Of a stretch of 64,000 bases of DNA, positions 53,036-63,409 are shown one piece after another. The stretch is from assembly GCA_963836935.1 (NCBI GenBank), contig CAWILM010000038.1:62784-126783 (forward strand). Reading direction: 5' to 3'. This DNA is from an uncultured Acidimicrobiaceae bacterium (GTDB lineage Bacteria > Actinomycetota > Acidimicrobiia > Acidimicrobiales > Bog-793). How positions within the stretch are numbered: position 1 is the first letter of the stretch; the number at the start of each line of letters is the position of its first letter. The notes beneath the pieces were generated by a model that did no database searches, was not told the origin of the DNA, and was given only the letters and a program-made list of their open reading frames with translations. Made by a program: the position numbers and the translations under genes.

Positions 53036-54202
53036 ATGGCCGCCCACTATCCGAGTGTGGCGGCACGGTGGAGCGAGCGCCGGGAGAAGAACGCGGCTTG
53101 GGAGCTTGTGAGCCGCTGTGACTTCATCCTTGTCGCCAGTGCCGTGCTGCTCGCGCTCATCGGCGCGGTCATGGTGTACTCCGCCACTCGGGTCGAGCTG
53201 GCGGCCAGCGGGGGCGATCCGAAGTTCTATCTGAAGCGCCAGCTCGTCTGGCTCGCGATCGGGCTCGTCGTAATGGTGGTGGTGGCCCTGATCGACTACC
53301 ACTGGCTCGAGCAATGGGCCTACGTGCTCTACGGCCTCATCGTCCTGTCGCTGCTGGCCGTGCTCACCCACTTCGGGCACGTCTCGCTCGGTGCGCAACG
53401 CTGGTTCGCAGTTGGGCCCCTCGAGGTGCAACCCTCGGAGTTCGCCGCCCTCGCCCTCATCGTCGTGGTTGCGGTGTACTGCAGCCGCCAAGACACCATG
53501 TTCCCGAGGAACCTTGTCGTCGTCCTGGTCCTGGCCGGGGTGCCCATCCTGCTCGTGTACAAGCAGCCGGACCTCGGGACCGCGCTCATCATGGTCGTCG
53601 TTCTCACGGCCATGATCGTGACGTCGGGGGCGCGGCTCAGGTATCTGGTCGGCTTGGCCGCGGCCGGCATCGCAGGCTTGGCGGCGGCGATCCACTTCCA
53701 TTTGATCCACGCCTACGAGCTGCAGCGCTTCACGTCCTTTCTCCACCAGAACACTGCCACGAGCGGCGCCAACTGGAACCTGGCCCAGTCGATACTGGCC
53801 ATCGCCTCCGGGGGGGCCTTCGGCACCGGGGTGTTCCACGGCGCCGCGACCAACGGCGGCTTCGTGCCCGCCCAGCAGACGGACTTCATCTTTACCGCCG
53901 TGGGCGAACAGCTCGGGTTCATCGGCGGGGTGCTGGTCGTCGCGCTGTTCGGGGTGATCGCCTTCCGGCTGTTGCGAGCCGCCCAGATCGCGAAGGATCC
54001 GCTCGGTCGGATGCTGTGCTCGGGGGCGCTCGCGTTGGTCGCGTTCTCGGTGTTCCAGAATGTCGGCATGACCGTCGGCCTCATCCCGATCGCCGGCATC
54101 CCGCTGCCGTTCGTGAGCTACGGTGGCTCCGCCATGATCGTTTTCTTCGCTACGGTCGGGCTTGTGGTCAATGTCGAAATGCGCCGGTCGAGCCGGCGAT
54201 GA
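53036..54202 (+). CDS. SEDS-family protein (FtsW/RodA/SpoVE), RodA-like
   Basis: ORF 53027..54202 (TTG 53027 or ATG 53036). About 10 TM helices. QPSEFA, KQPDLGTALI, QTDFIFTAVGEQLGFIGG and GIPLPFVSYGGSAM are SEDS hallmarks. Confidence 0.8.
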   Translation: MAAHYPSVAARWSERREKNAAWELVSRCDFILVASAVLLALIGAVMVYSATRVELAASGGDPKFYLKRQLVWLAIGLVVMVVVALIDYHWLEQWAYVLYGLIVLSLLAVLTHFGHVSLGAQRWFAVGPLEVQPSEFAALALIVVVAVYCSRQDTMFPRNLVVVLVLAGVPILLVYKQPDLGTALIMVVVLTAMIVTSGARLRYLVGLAAAGIAGLAAAIHFHLIHAYELQRFTSFLHQNTATSGANWNLAQSILAIASGGAFGTGVFHGAATNGGFVPAQQTDFIFTAVGEQLGFIGGVLVVALFGVIAFRLLRAAQIAKDPLGRMLCSGALALVAFSVFQNVGMTVGLIPIAGIPLPFVSYGGSAMIVFFATVGLVVNVEMRRSSRR

Positions 54203-54954
54203 GTCCCATGGGCACCGATGAGAACGCTGTCCGAGCCGATGCCGAGTCGGCGACGGTGACGCGCGGCAACGGGGGCGGGACGGCCTTGGGTGTCAGCGAG
54301 GCGCTTTCGACGGGGGCGACCTGGTCCGCGGACGGCCCGGAGGCCGACGAGGTGGGCGAGGCGGATATGGCGGCGGTGGGGACGGCCGACACGGCGGGCG
54401 AGACCGACGAGGCGCAGCCGGGCTCGTCGGAGTCGGGCGCGTCCGAGGCGCCTGCCGGGGAAGAGGCCCCGGCGCCTTACGAGCCTGGCGCCGATTCGGA
54501 CGAGGAGCCCGACGTGGGACCGGCGCCGGCGGCGATGTCTCAGATGGTTTTCGTCGACGTCGTGCTCCTGCTGCCGGCGACGCATCCCGTCGTCGTCCTG
54601 CAGGAGGCAGATGCGCCCTTCCGCGAGCTGCGGATCCCCGTCGGCGGGGCCGAGGGCATTGCGATCAGCTACGCGGGAAGGGGGCTCGGGACCCCGCGGC
54701 CGCTCACGCACGAGCTGTTCGCGCGCGTCCTCGAGGAGTTCGGGATGACTCTCGACGTCGTGCGGATCACCGAGGTCCAGGGGACCGCCTTCACTGCCGA
54801 ACTGGTCATCTCCGGTCGGCTGGGGACACGGGTGATCGACTGCCGCCCCTCGGATGCGATCGCCTTGGCACTGCGTCACCGGCTGCCGGTGCCCATCATG
54901 GTGGATCCGAACGTGCTGGAGGTCGCCGGCACGAGCCCCATAGGCGCCAACTAA
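54199..54954 (+). CDS. bifunctional nuclease (BFN/DUF151) domain protein with long acidic N-terminal extension
   Basis: ATG 54199 overlaps the SEDS stop (ATGA). The C-terminal ~135 aa (VVVLQEADAPFRELRIPVGGAEGIAISYAGRGLGTPRPLTHEL...DCRPSDAIALALR) match the DUF151 pattern. The N-terminal ~110 aa are Asp/Glu/Ala/Gly-rich. Confidence 0.7.
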   Translation: MSPMGTDENAVRADAESATVTRGNGGGTALGVSEALSTGATWSADGPEADEVGEADMAAVGTADTAGETDEAQPGSSESGASEAPAGEEAPAPYEPGADSDEEPDVGPAPAAMSQMVFVDVVLLLPATHPVVVLQEADAPFRELRIPVGGAEGIAISYAGRGLGTPRPLTHELFARVLEEFGMTLDVVRITEVQGTAFTAELVISGRLGTRVIDCRPSDAIALALRHRLPVPIMVDPNVLEVAGTSPIGAN

Positions 54955-55548
54955 GTACCCTGTCGCGTAAACATCGTCACACGAGTCCGCGTCACTGGGT
55001 GACGAGCGACTCCTTCGGTCGAAGCGACAGTGGTGGCCCCGGGCACGGGCAGGGACCTCCGGCCTCGGCCTCGAACACAGCTCGAAGCAGACGCGCCTTT
55101 CGTCACCCCGGGCAGGGGTGCCCACCCGACGGTGCTCGATGTGAGCTGTCACACTCGGTGCACGGCCGGCTTGCCGGACCATGTTTTGCGCGCCCGCACC
55201 ATCGCGGTGGGGCACGGTCAAACAAGCGGGGTCGGTGCAGACGAGGATCCGGCCTCCTCGAGCCGATAGCGGAGGGCTCTTGTGGGGGGGGCCACTAGCC
55301 GGCGATGCGTGCGGCGGTTGGGCACCGCGCCGGCCTGTCTCGCACCCCGGTCGGGTCGCCGATGACCACGCCCGCTGCCTCGGCCTGTTCTAGGAAGCTC
55401 GTCCCAGCCGGGCCGCCCGGCTGGCCGCCAGGGCGACGACCCTCCTGGAGCGGGACTCGGCCCACTGCTGGCGGGCATGCAGCTTGCGCCAGCCCGTGCG
55501 CCTGTTTGGCGGGGGGACCCGGGCTTTGCCCGCAGAGGGGCGCGCTCC

Positions 55549-57135
55549 TTATGGGACGTCGTACCAAGAGGGCCACCCGCCCGGCCGATCGGCCTGCCCG
55601 CCTCCGGCCGCGTCGCCATCGCGTGGAACAGGGGCGGGAGGCGCGCCCGGCTCGGGTTGCTGGCGCCCCGGGGAGCCACGGAGGGTGCCCGCTCTGATGC
55701 CGTCGGACGGCAGGGACGCGCCGGCCGGCGCCCGGGCCCCCACGAGGACCCGGCGCCGCAGCCGGGCCGTGCGATGACTCAGACCGATGGCGACTCCCGG
55801 CGGGGCGACCCCCTCGTCGGAGATGCGCATGAGCAGGGCCACCAGCACGTAGTTCGCTAGCAGGGATGAGCCGCCGTAGCCGATGAAGGGGAGCGACACC
55901 CCGGTGAGGGGAAGCAGGCGGACGACGCCCGCCATGATGAAGAAGGACTGGAAGCCGAGGATGGCGGTGAAACCGACCGCGGCGAGCTGGGAGAACTCCG
56001 AGCGGGCCCGCAGGGCGGCTCTAATTCCGGTGCCGACGACAAGGAGGAATCCCGCGACCACCGCCGTCGTGCCGAGCAGGCCGAGCTCTTCGCCTATGGC
56101 CGCGAAGATGAAGTCGCTGTAGGCGACCGGGATGTCATAAGGAGAGCCGAGACCGAGCCCCGATCCTGTGAGGCCTCCGCGGCCGAGGGCGAGCTCGCCC
56201 TGGACGGTCTGATAGCCGTAGGAGCTGTAATGGGCCCAAGGGTTGATCCAGGCCGACACGCGCTGGTCGATGAGGGATCTCGCGAAGGGCAGGTGCGCGG
56301 CCAGGTAGGTACCCGCGACGAAAGCGACGAGCCCGCCCACGACGTAGGTCCAACGTCCGGTCGCGACCCACAGCATCGTTATGAACATGATGAACAGCAA
56401 GAGGGAGAAGCCGATGTCGTGCTCGAGGAGGATGACGAGGATCGCGACCACCCACGCGACCGCGATCGGGCCGAGGGGGCGGATGTCCGGCAAGAGCCGG
56501 TTGCCCACCCTTCGCGTCGAGAGCGAGAGCATCTCGCGTTTTTCCACGAAGTAGGACGCGAAGAAGACCACGAGCATGAGCTTCGCGATCTCGACGGGCT
56601 GGAACGTGATCGGCCCGAGGTGAATCCAGAGCTTCACCCCGTTTAGTTGGGCTTCGGACGTCCGGCCCAGGTGCGGTGCCAGCGGCAGCACGAGCAGGAG
56701 CAGGGCGCCGAACACGAGCATGTAGCGGTAGCGCTCGAGATCGCGCGACCGCCGCACGACGAACAGGGTGACGACATAGGCGGCCACACCGAGCGCCGTC
56801 CAGGCCGCCTGATAGTGCCACGGCGCATCGGCGGCGATCTGGGGGGAGGCGTCGAGCCTGTAGATCATCACGAAACCGATGCCGTTCAGCATCAGCACCA
56901 CCGGCATCATGACCGGGTCGGCCTCAGGAGCGAGGAAACGATTCGCCAAGTGGACGACCAGCGCCAGGGCGACGACGACGCCGATGAAATCCAAGGCGTT
57001 GGCCGGGAGGACGTTGCGGGTGCCGAGGGCGGCGAGCAGGAACGCGAGCGTGATTACGACGACGGCGACGAGCAGCAGGCCGAGCTCGCTCCGGCGACGT
57101 TGCTTGACCCTCGGTGCGATGGCGAGGGGCTGCAC
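55549..57135 (-). CDS. SEDS-family protein (FtsW/RodA/SpoVE), second paralogue
   Basis: GTG 57135, 528 aa. QPVEIAKL, SDFIFAAIGEELGLLG and GVSLPFIGYGGSSLL. The C-terminal ~70 aa are Pro/Gly/Arg-rich low complexity. Confidence 0.8.
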   Translation of the reverse strand: MQPLAIAPRVKQRRRSELGLLLVAVVVITLAFLLAALGTRNVLPANALDFIGVVVALALVVHLANRFLAPEADPVMMPVVLMLNGIGFVMIYRLDASPQIAADAPWHYQAAWTALGVAAYVVTLFVVRRSRDLERYRYMLVFGALLLLVLPLAPHLGRTSEAQLNGVKLWIHLGPITFQPVEIAKLMLVVFFASYFVEKREMLSLSTRRVGNRLLPDIRPLGPIAVAWVVAILVILLEHDIGFSLLLFIMFITMLWVATGRWTYVVGGLVAFVAGTYLAAHLPFARSLIDQRVSAWINPWAHYSSYGYQTVQGELALGRGGLTGSGLGLGSPYDIPVAYSDFIFAAIGEELGLLGTTAVVAGFLLVVGTGIRAALRARSEFSQLAAVGFTAILGFQSFFIMAGVVRLLPLTGVSLPFIGYGGSSLLANYVLVALLMRISDEGVAPPGVAIGLSHRTARLRRRVLVGARAPAGASLPSDGIRAGTLRGSPGRQQPEPGAPPAPVPRDGDAAGGGQADRPGGWPSWYDVP

Positions 57136-57173
57136 GACTTCACGGTAGCGTCTGGGTTGTGAAAGCCGCGGTC

Positions 57174-59265
57174 ATGACACCTGGCGGCCCTGTGGCGCGC
57201 CCGGACCGGTTCCTCAACCGTGAGCTGTCCTGGCTGGATTTTGCTGACCGCCTCGTCGACCTGGCCGCAGACGAATCGCTGCCGCTGCTCGAGCGGGTGA
57301 AGTTCATCGCCATCCTCTCGTCGGGGCTCGACGAGTTCTTCCAGGTGCGGGTCGGGGGTCTCAAAGACCATGTCGCGGCGGGACTGCGGGCGCGGTCGGC
57401 CGACGGGCGCAGCGCCACCCAGCAGCTCCACGACATCCGCCTGAAGTGCATCCACCTGCTGGCGCGCAGCGATGAGGTGTTCGAGGCCTCGGTCGTGCCC
57501 AGTCTCGCCCGCGCCGGCCTCTACTTCGCGAGCATCGAGGAGCTCGACACGGCCGAAAAGGCGCGGCTCTTGAGCGTGTTCGAGAAGGAGATCTTTCCCG
57601 TCCTCACGCCGTTGGCGGTCGACCCCGGTCATCCGTTCCCCTACATCTCGAACCTGTCGCTCAACCTGGCTGTGCTCGTCGAAGACCCGGGCACGCGCGA
57701 GCAGCGCTTCGCGCGGGTGAAGGTGCCACCGCTGCTGCCCCGCTTCGTGCCGCTCGACGGCGGTGGCCGCTTCGTCGCCCTCGAGCAGTTGATCGCCGCC
57801 AACCTGTTCAGGCTCTTCCCGCACATGGAGATAGGGCGCCATCACGCCTTCCGCGTCACGCGCAACGCCGACCTCGATTTGGAGGAGAGCGAGGCCGACG
57901 ATCTCCTGGCCGCGGTCGAGACGGAACTGCGTCGGCGCCGTTTCGGGCGCGCGGTGCGCCTGGAGGTCGACCGGGATATGCCGGCGGCGGTTCGCGACCT
58001 GCTCTTGGAGGAGCTCGAGCTCGGCCCCGACGATGTCTACGAGAGCTCGGCCCCCCTCGGCCTGAGCCAGCTCTGGGCACTTCACGCCATCGACCGGCCC
58101 GACCTCCACGAGCCGACCTGGGTCCCTATGACCCAACCGCGCCTCGCGACCGCCGGGGACGGTACCGTTGACCTGTTCGCGGTGCTGCGGGAGCGCAGTG
58201 TCCTCGTCCACCACCCCTACGACTCGTTCACGACCTCGGTGGAGGCCTTCATAACCCAGGCCGCCGACGACCCGAACGTCCTTGCGATCAAGCAGACCCT
58301 CTACCGCACCTCCGACGACACCGCCATCGTCTCGGCCCTCGTGCGCGCGGCCGAGCAGGGCAAGCAGGTCGCGGCGCTCGTCGAGGTGAAGGCTCGCTTT
58401 GACGAGCAGGCGAACATCTTGTGGGCCCGTCAGCTCGAGCGGGCAGGTGTGCACGTCGTCTATGGCCTCGTGGGACTGAAGACCCACTCCAAGATCGTTC
58501 TCGTCGTGCGGCGCGAGGAGGACGGGCTGCGTCGTTACTGTCACATCGGGACGGGCAATTACAACTCGGAGACGGCGAAGGTCTACGAGGACCTCGGGCT
58601 TCTGACCGTGGACCCCGCCATCGGGGAGGACCTGACGGACCTGTTCAACCATCTCACCGGATACGGCCGGCCGGTGACGCACCGGCGCATCGTGGTGGCT
58701 CCCCAGGGCATGCGGCCGTGGGTTCTCGGCGAGATCGCCGAAGAAGCCGCGGCCGGCGAGGCGGGCCGGATCACCGTCAAGGTGAACGGGCTCACCGACC
58801 CTGGTGTCATAGACGCCCTGTACGCAGCCTCACAGGCACACGTGCGGATCGACCTGTTGGTGCGGGGCCTGTGCTGCCTCCGGCCCGGAGTGCCAGGGCT
58901 CTCCGAGACGATCACGGTGCGTTCGATAATGGGGCGCTTCCTGGAGCACTCCCGCATCTTCCGCTTCGGTGATCCCGGCGGGGAACGCCCGGTGCGCTAC
59001 ACGATCGGTTCGGGGGACCTGATGGAACGGAACCTCGATCGCAGGATCGAGGTGATGGTCCCGGTCCTCGACGCCGAGCTGCGGGCGCGGCTCGAAGAGA
59101 CCCTCCAGCTCGGTCTCGCCGACGACACGAATGCCTGGGAAGCTCGGACCGGACGGGACTTGGACAAGGGTTGTGTCAGTGCTCGGGCTCAGCGTGCAGC
59201 GGCGGCTCCAAGAGCTCGCGCTGGAGCGCGCCCGCAGGCGTCGCTCCCACGACCCGCTGGACTGA
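57174..59265 (+). CDS. ppk1: polyphosphate kinase 1, apparent frameshift ~40 codons before the stop
   Basis: ATG 57174 lies inside ORF 57114..59303. RFLNRELSWLDFADRL, two PLD-like HxK segments (THSKIVLV and EHSRIF). After about 59138-59145 the plausible C-terminus LGPDGTWTRV..SVQRRLQELALERARRRRSHDPLD* is in another frame (TGA 59263-59265), ending just before the ppx start. Confidence 0.85.
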
Positions 59266-59274
59266 GCTCCACCC

Positions 59275-60858
59275 GTGCGGATCGCCGCGCTGGACCTGGG
59301 TAGCAACTCGTTCCATCTGCTGGTGGTCGAAACTCGCCCGGACGGGAGCTTCGTCCCGCTCGCGCGGGAGAAAGTGATGCTGCGCCTCGGCGACGTCGTG
59401 GCCCGCGAGGGCGTCCTCACCGAAGCGGCGCTCGAGGCGGCGATCGACACCATCCGGCGGCTTAAGACGATCGCGGAGGTGCAGCGGGCCGACGAGATAG
59501 TGGCCATGGCGACCGCGGCGATGCGCCAGGCTGCCAACGGGCCCGAGGCGGCGGAGCGGATCGAAGAGGCGACAGGTGTCCGGATCCAGGTCGTGAGCGG
59601 TATCCGGGAAGCCCAGCTGATCTTCGAAGCCGTCCGGGCGAGCGTCCTCATCGAACCCGGCCCGGCGCTTTGTGCCGATCTCGGCGGCGGGAGCCTCGAA
59701 CTTTCCGTCGGTGACCAGTTCGGCCTCAGCTATGCGACGAGCCTGCACCTGGGTGTCGGGCGGCTCACGGCCGAGTACGTGCGTACGGACCCACCGACCA
59801 AGAAGGACCGGGCGCGGCTCAAAGAGGAGATCTCCAAGCAGCTCGACGAGGTGCTCGAGGAACTGCTCGCCTGCGGTCCCAAGCTGCTGATCGGGACCTC
59901 CGGCACGTTCTGTGCTCTGGCCAGGGGCGCGGCCGCAAGGCGGGACGGCATCGTGCCGACGTCTGTCAATCAGCTGACGGTGACGGCCCGCGAGCTCGCC
60001 GCGCTGGGCGAGATCATCTGCGAGCTGCCCAGCTGGGAGCGCGCCCGGTTGGCGGGGATCGAGGCCCGGCGCGCCGAGCTCCTCCCGGCCGGTGTCGCCG
60101 TGACCGAGGTTCTCATGGAGCGGACCGGATTGCGCGGCTGCACGGTGTCGGAGTGGGGGCTCAGGGAAGGGATCATCATCTCGACGATCGCCCAGCACGA
60201 CCGGGTGGAGTTCAGCAACGACCCGCGGGCGATCCGCCGTGCCTCCGTCCTGTCGCTGTGTGTGCGGTCGCGCTGGCCCGAGGCGCACTCGCGCCAGGTC
60301 GCGAGACTGGCGGTCGAGCTGTTCGACTCGACTGTCGCCCTGCACGGGCTCAACGGTGCGGACCGGGAACTTCTCGAGCTGGCGGCGCTGCTGCACGACA
60401 TAGGCGAGCACGTGAGCCGTGACGGCCACGCCCGCCACACCGCCTATCTCGTCGAGAACGGTGACCTGCGGGGCTTCTCGCCCACAGAGATCCAGCTGTT
60501 GTCCTGTCTCGGGCGCTATCACGTCAGGGGGCGGCCCCGGGAGTTCTTCCACGCCTGGGAGACCCTGGAGCGCAAGGACCGGGACCACGTGCTGAAGATG
60601 GTCTCCCTGCTGCGCATCGCGGACGGGCTCGACGCTGCCCATGACTCGGTCATAGGTCATGTGGGCGTCGAGCTGAGCGGCAGCCGCGTGGAGATCATCG
60701 TCAGCGCCCGAGGTGACGCGGAGCTTGAGCGTTGGATGCTCCAGCGCAAGGTGCAGTTGTTCCAGGAGCTGTTCGAGGTCCCGGTCAGCCTTGAGGTGGT
60801 GCCGACGGGGCCGGAGGAGATGCAGGCCCTGGGCTCCGAGGAGGCAGGTCTGGCTTGA
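59275..60858 (+). CDS. ppx: exopolyphosphatase / guanosine pentaphosphate phosphohydrolase (Ppx/GppA) with C-terminal HD domain
   Basis: GTG 59275 gives RIAALDLGSNSFHLLV, DLGGGSLEL and GTSGT (ASKHA fold), then LLHDIGEHV (HD). The 527-aa frame is intact. Confidence 0.8.
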   Translation: MRIAALDLGSNSFHLLVVETRPDGSFVPLAREKVMLRLGDVVAREGVLTEAALEAAIDTIRRLKTIAEVQRADEIVAMATAAMRQAANGPEAAERIEEATGVRIQVVSGIREAQLIFEAVRASVLIEPGPALCADLGGGSLELSVGDQFGLSYATSLHLGVGRLTAEYVRTDPPTKKDRARLKEEISKQLDEVLEELLACGPKLLIGTSGTFCALARGAAARRDGIVPTSVNQLTVTARELAALGEIICELPSWERARLAGIEARRAELLPAGVAVTEVLMERTGLRGCTVSEWGLREGIIISTIAQHDRVEFSNDPRAIRRASVLSLCVRSRWPEAHSRQVARLAVELFDSTVALHGLNGADRELLELAALLHDIGEHVSRDGHARHTAYLVENGDLRGFSPTEIQLLSCLGRYHVRGRPREFFHAWETLERKDRDHVLKMVSLLRIADGLDAAHDSVIGHVGVELSGSRVEIIVSARGDAELERWMLQRKVQLFQELFEVPVSLEVVPTGPEEMQALGSEEAGLA

Positions 60859-62005
60859 CGGACGGGATCTCGGCAGGCGGGGGAGTCGCCGGGTAGCTCG
60901 CCCGCGTCATGGTACCGAGGACGTCCCGACGCTCCTTGAGGCCGGCCCCGTGCTGGACGCGTAGGGACAGATAGGCACCAGCACCGACGGGGATCGGCAG
61001 CCAGAAGTTGAACAGGCGCCAGGAGATCACACCCAGCCAGGCGATGCCCGCCGGGACGCCGAAACCGATCAAGGACGTTGCCGCCACCGCCTCGACGATG
61101 CCAAGCCCGCCCGGGGTCAGCGGCACGGCCGCGAGCACGTTGGCGACCCCGTAGGCGACGAAAAGGTCGATGGGCCGGGAGACATGACCGTAGGCGGCGA
61201 CGAAGGCCCACAGCGAAGCGGCGTCGAAGAGCCAGTTCGCGGCGGCCCACAAGACCGCGTTCTTGAGCAGCTTCCGGTCCGAGCCCAGTGTCCTGAGGCG
61301 GGAGGCGAGGCGCTGGACCAGCTGTTCCATCTGCTCTTCTGTAAGCCACGGCACGCGCCTCGCCACCGAGCGCAGCGCCCGGGCCGCGTGGGCTTCGCCG
61401 CGGGTGAGGGCCAGGACGAGCGTGGCGAAGGCGACGGCCAGCACGGCGCCGACGACAGCCACCGTGACGTAGGCGCTGTTGAAGCCGTGCAGGGGGATGG
61501 AGATCACCAGAGCTACCCAGAGCATCGCGTTCAGGACGACGGCCGAACCGATGCCCTGGGTCGCGAGGGCGAAGCCGGCATCGGGCCCGCTCACCCCGCT
61601 GGCGGTGAGCAGGCGGTAGCCGAGCCCGGTGCCGCCGGCGGTGCCGCCGGGGATCACGTGGCTCACAGCCAGCGTGGACAGGTCGATGCGAAGCACTCTG
61701 GAAAGACCGGGTCCGTCTCTCGGCAACACCGACTGGGTGAGGCGGCCATAGGCGACGAGCGCTCCCGCCTCGAGCGCGAAGCCGGCGAGGAACCACAGGA
61801 GATTGACCCGCCCCAGCTGGCTCAGCGACGAGCGGGCCTTGGAGTGCAGGAAGCTCGGAATAAGGGCGTATTCGACGAAGAGAAGGAGGATGAAGACGGT
61901 GATGCCGTGGCGCAGCGGCCGCGGGATCCATCCGAGCAGTCTGGGACGACGGCGGGGCACGCTCACGTCGGCAACGGCGCCGTCGCGCCCGGGTGGTTCG
62001 CCCAT
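60785..62005 (-). CDS. flippase-like membrane protein (UPF0104 / lysyl-PG-synthase TM-domain family)
   Basis: This is the C-terminal 406 aa of the 1025-aa ORF 60785..63862, from ATG 62005 (MGEPPGRDG). About 8 TM helices. VIPGGTAGGTGLGYRLL and AAVPLTPGGLGIVEA are typical. The upstream part of the ORF is antisense shadow of the AI-2E and ppm1 genes. Confidence 0.65.
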   Translation of the reverse strand: MGEPPGRDGAVADVSVPRRRPRLLGWIPRPLRHGITVFILLLFVEYALIPSFLHSKARSSLSQLGRVNLLWFLAGFALEAGALVAYGRLTQSVLPRDGPGLSRVLRIDLSTLAVSHVIPGGTAGGTGLGYRLLTASGVSGPDAGFALATQGIGSAVVLNAMLWVALVISIPLHGFNSAYVTVAVVGAVLAVAFATLVLALTRGEAHAARALRSVARRVPWLTEEQMEQLVQRLASRLRTLGSDRKLLKNAVLWAAANWLFDAASLWAFVAAYGHVSRPIDLFVAYGVANVLAAVPLTPGGLGIVEAVAATSLIGFGVPAGIAWLGVISWRLFNFWLPIPVGAGAYLSLRVQHGAGLKERRDVLGTMTRASYPATPPPAEIPSVKPDLPPRSPGPASPPAPSAPPQG

Positions 62006-62158
62006 GTCCCCATGCTTGCAGGCGCGCACAGGTCGCGGGGAGAACCTGGTCACCGCACCGATGCCCCGCTGGGCGAGGCACGCCCCCTCCGCGGCCGGGC
62101 CCGGAGCCGGGGCCCTGGATCCCGCTTCGGCGCGCCCGCATGGAGTTGACTTGTTACG

Positions 62159-63337
62159 GTGCCGGAGCACAACGCCGACCGGGGGCTCGATCCGTCCCCG
62201 GGCCAACGCGCCCGCGATCTGCGCGTGGCGCGCACCGCGTTCATCGCCACCGGCGCCGTTGTCAGCGTCGGCATCGGGCTCGCCCTGCTCTGGCGGCTGC
62301 GGGTCGTCGTGCTCCTGATAGTCGTGTCGCTGTTCTTGGGCGCGCTCTTGCATCCGGCCGTCAGCTTCGTGGAGCGCCGCGGGGTCCGCCGGGGTATGGC
62401 GACGGCAGTCGTCTTCTTCGTCTCGGCGGCGGTCATCTTGACGCTGGGCTATGTGCTCGTCCACCCGGTCTACTCCTCCGCCAGGAGCTTCGCGAAGGAG
62501 CTGCCGAGCCTCGTGCGCCAAGCGCAGCAAGGCAAGGGGCAGATCGGGCACCTCGTCAAACGGCTCCACCTCGAGAGCTACGTGAAGAAGAACGTGCCGC
62601 GGCTCGAGACGTTGATCACCGGCCTCGGCCGCCCCGCCCTCGCCGTGGGCAAGACCGTCGTGAGCGGGGTCGTCGCCCTCGTCACGGTCGGGGTGCTGAC
62701 CTTCTTCATCCTCCTCGAGGCTCCCCGCATGATCCGCGGCGTGCTCAACTGGATGCGGCCCGAACGCTCGGCTCGGGTGCACAACATCCTCGGTGACGTC
62801 GGCCAGGCCGTGACCGGGTACATGCTCGGCAACTTCGCCACCTCGATCATCGCCGGGGTCGTCATCTTCGTGACGTTGCGGGCCACCGGGGTCCCCTACG
62901 CCGGCGTGCTCTCGATCTGGGTCGGCGTCGTCGACTTCCTGCCTCTCGTGGGCGGACTGCTCGCCGGCGTGCCCACGGTCGCCGTTGCTCTGCTGCACTC
63001 CTTGCCGGCCGGGATCGTGACCCTGGCGGTGTTCCTGATCTACCAACAGGTGGAGAACCACATCCTCAATCCGGTCGTCATGAGCCGGACCGTGCGCCTG
63101 AACCCGCTCTGGGTGCTGCTGGCGATCCTCGTGGGGGTGGAGCTGGGTGGGATCGTCGGGTCCACCTTCGGCGGCCTCGTGGGGGCCCTGTTGGCTGTGC
63201 CGGCCGCGAGCGCCCTCCAGGTGATCGCGAAGGATCTCTGGGCAGAGCACCGCCCGCCGGGGGTCGACGAGAGCCCCGCCGAGGTCGAAGCCCCCGTGCC
63301 GGCGCCGCCCGACGCCCTGACCCCTACGGTCAAGTAG
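62159..63337 (+). CDS. AI-2E family transporter (PerM/YhhT, UPF0118)
   Basis: 392 aa, polytopic. FILLEAPRM, GYMLGNFATSIIAGVV, DFLPLVGG and YQQVENHILNPVVMSRTVRLNPL match AI-2E family patterns. Confidence 0.85.
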   Translation: MPEHNADRGLDPSPGQRARDLRVARTAFIATGAVVSVGIGLALLWRLRVVVLLIVVSLFLGALLHPAVSFVERRGVRRGMATAVVFFVSAAVILTLGYVLVHPVYSSARSFAKELPSLVRQAQQGKGQIGHLVKRLHLESYVKKNVPRLETLITGLGRPALAVGKTVVSGVVALVTVGVLTFFILLEAPRMIRGVLNWMRPERSARVHNILGDVGQAVTGYMLGNFATSIIAGVVIFVTLRATGVPYAGVLSIWVGVVDFLPLVGGLLAGVPTVAVALLHSLPAGIVTLAVFLIYQQVENHILNPVVMSRTVRLNPLWVLLAILVGVELGGIVGSTFGGLVGALLAVPAASALQVIAKDLWAEHRPPGVDESPAEVEAPVPAPPDALTPTVK

Positions 63338-63409
63338 CGTCTTGATCTCCCCGCAGGCCGAGTGGGGGGCCGAATCTGCCCGGAGGCGCTTTCGCCATAG
63401 GCTGCAGCC

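Noticed and set aside
54955-55548. RNase P RNA, tmRNA, SRP RNA or a cobalamin riboswitch in the long convergent gap.
   Set aside because: I searched by eye on both strands for GAGGAAAGUCC / ACAGAAxxCGGCUUA, the T-arm, GGAAGCAGCC and the GCCACUG B12 box in the proper order. None was found; only GCCACUAG and GCCCACUGC near-words occur.
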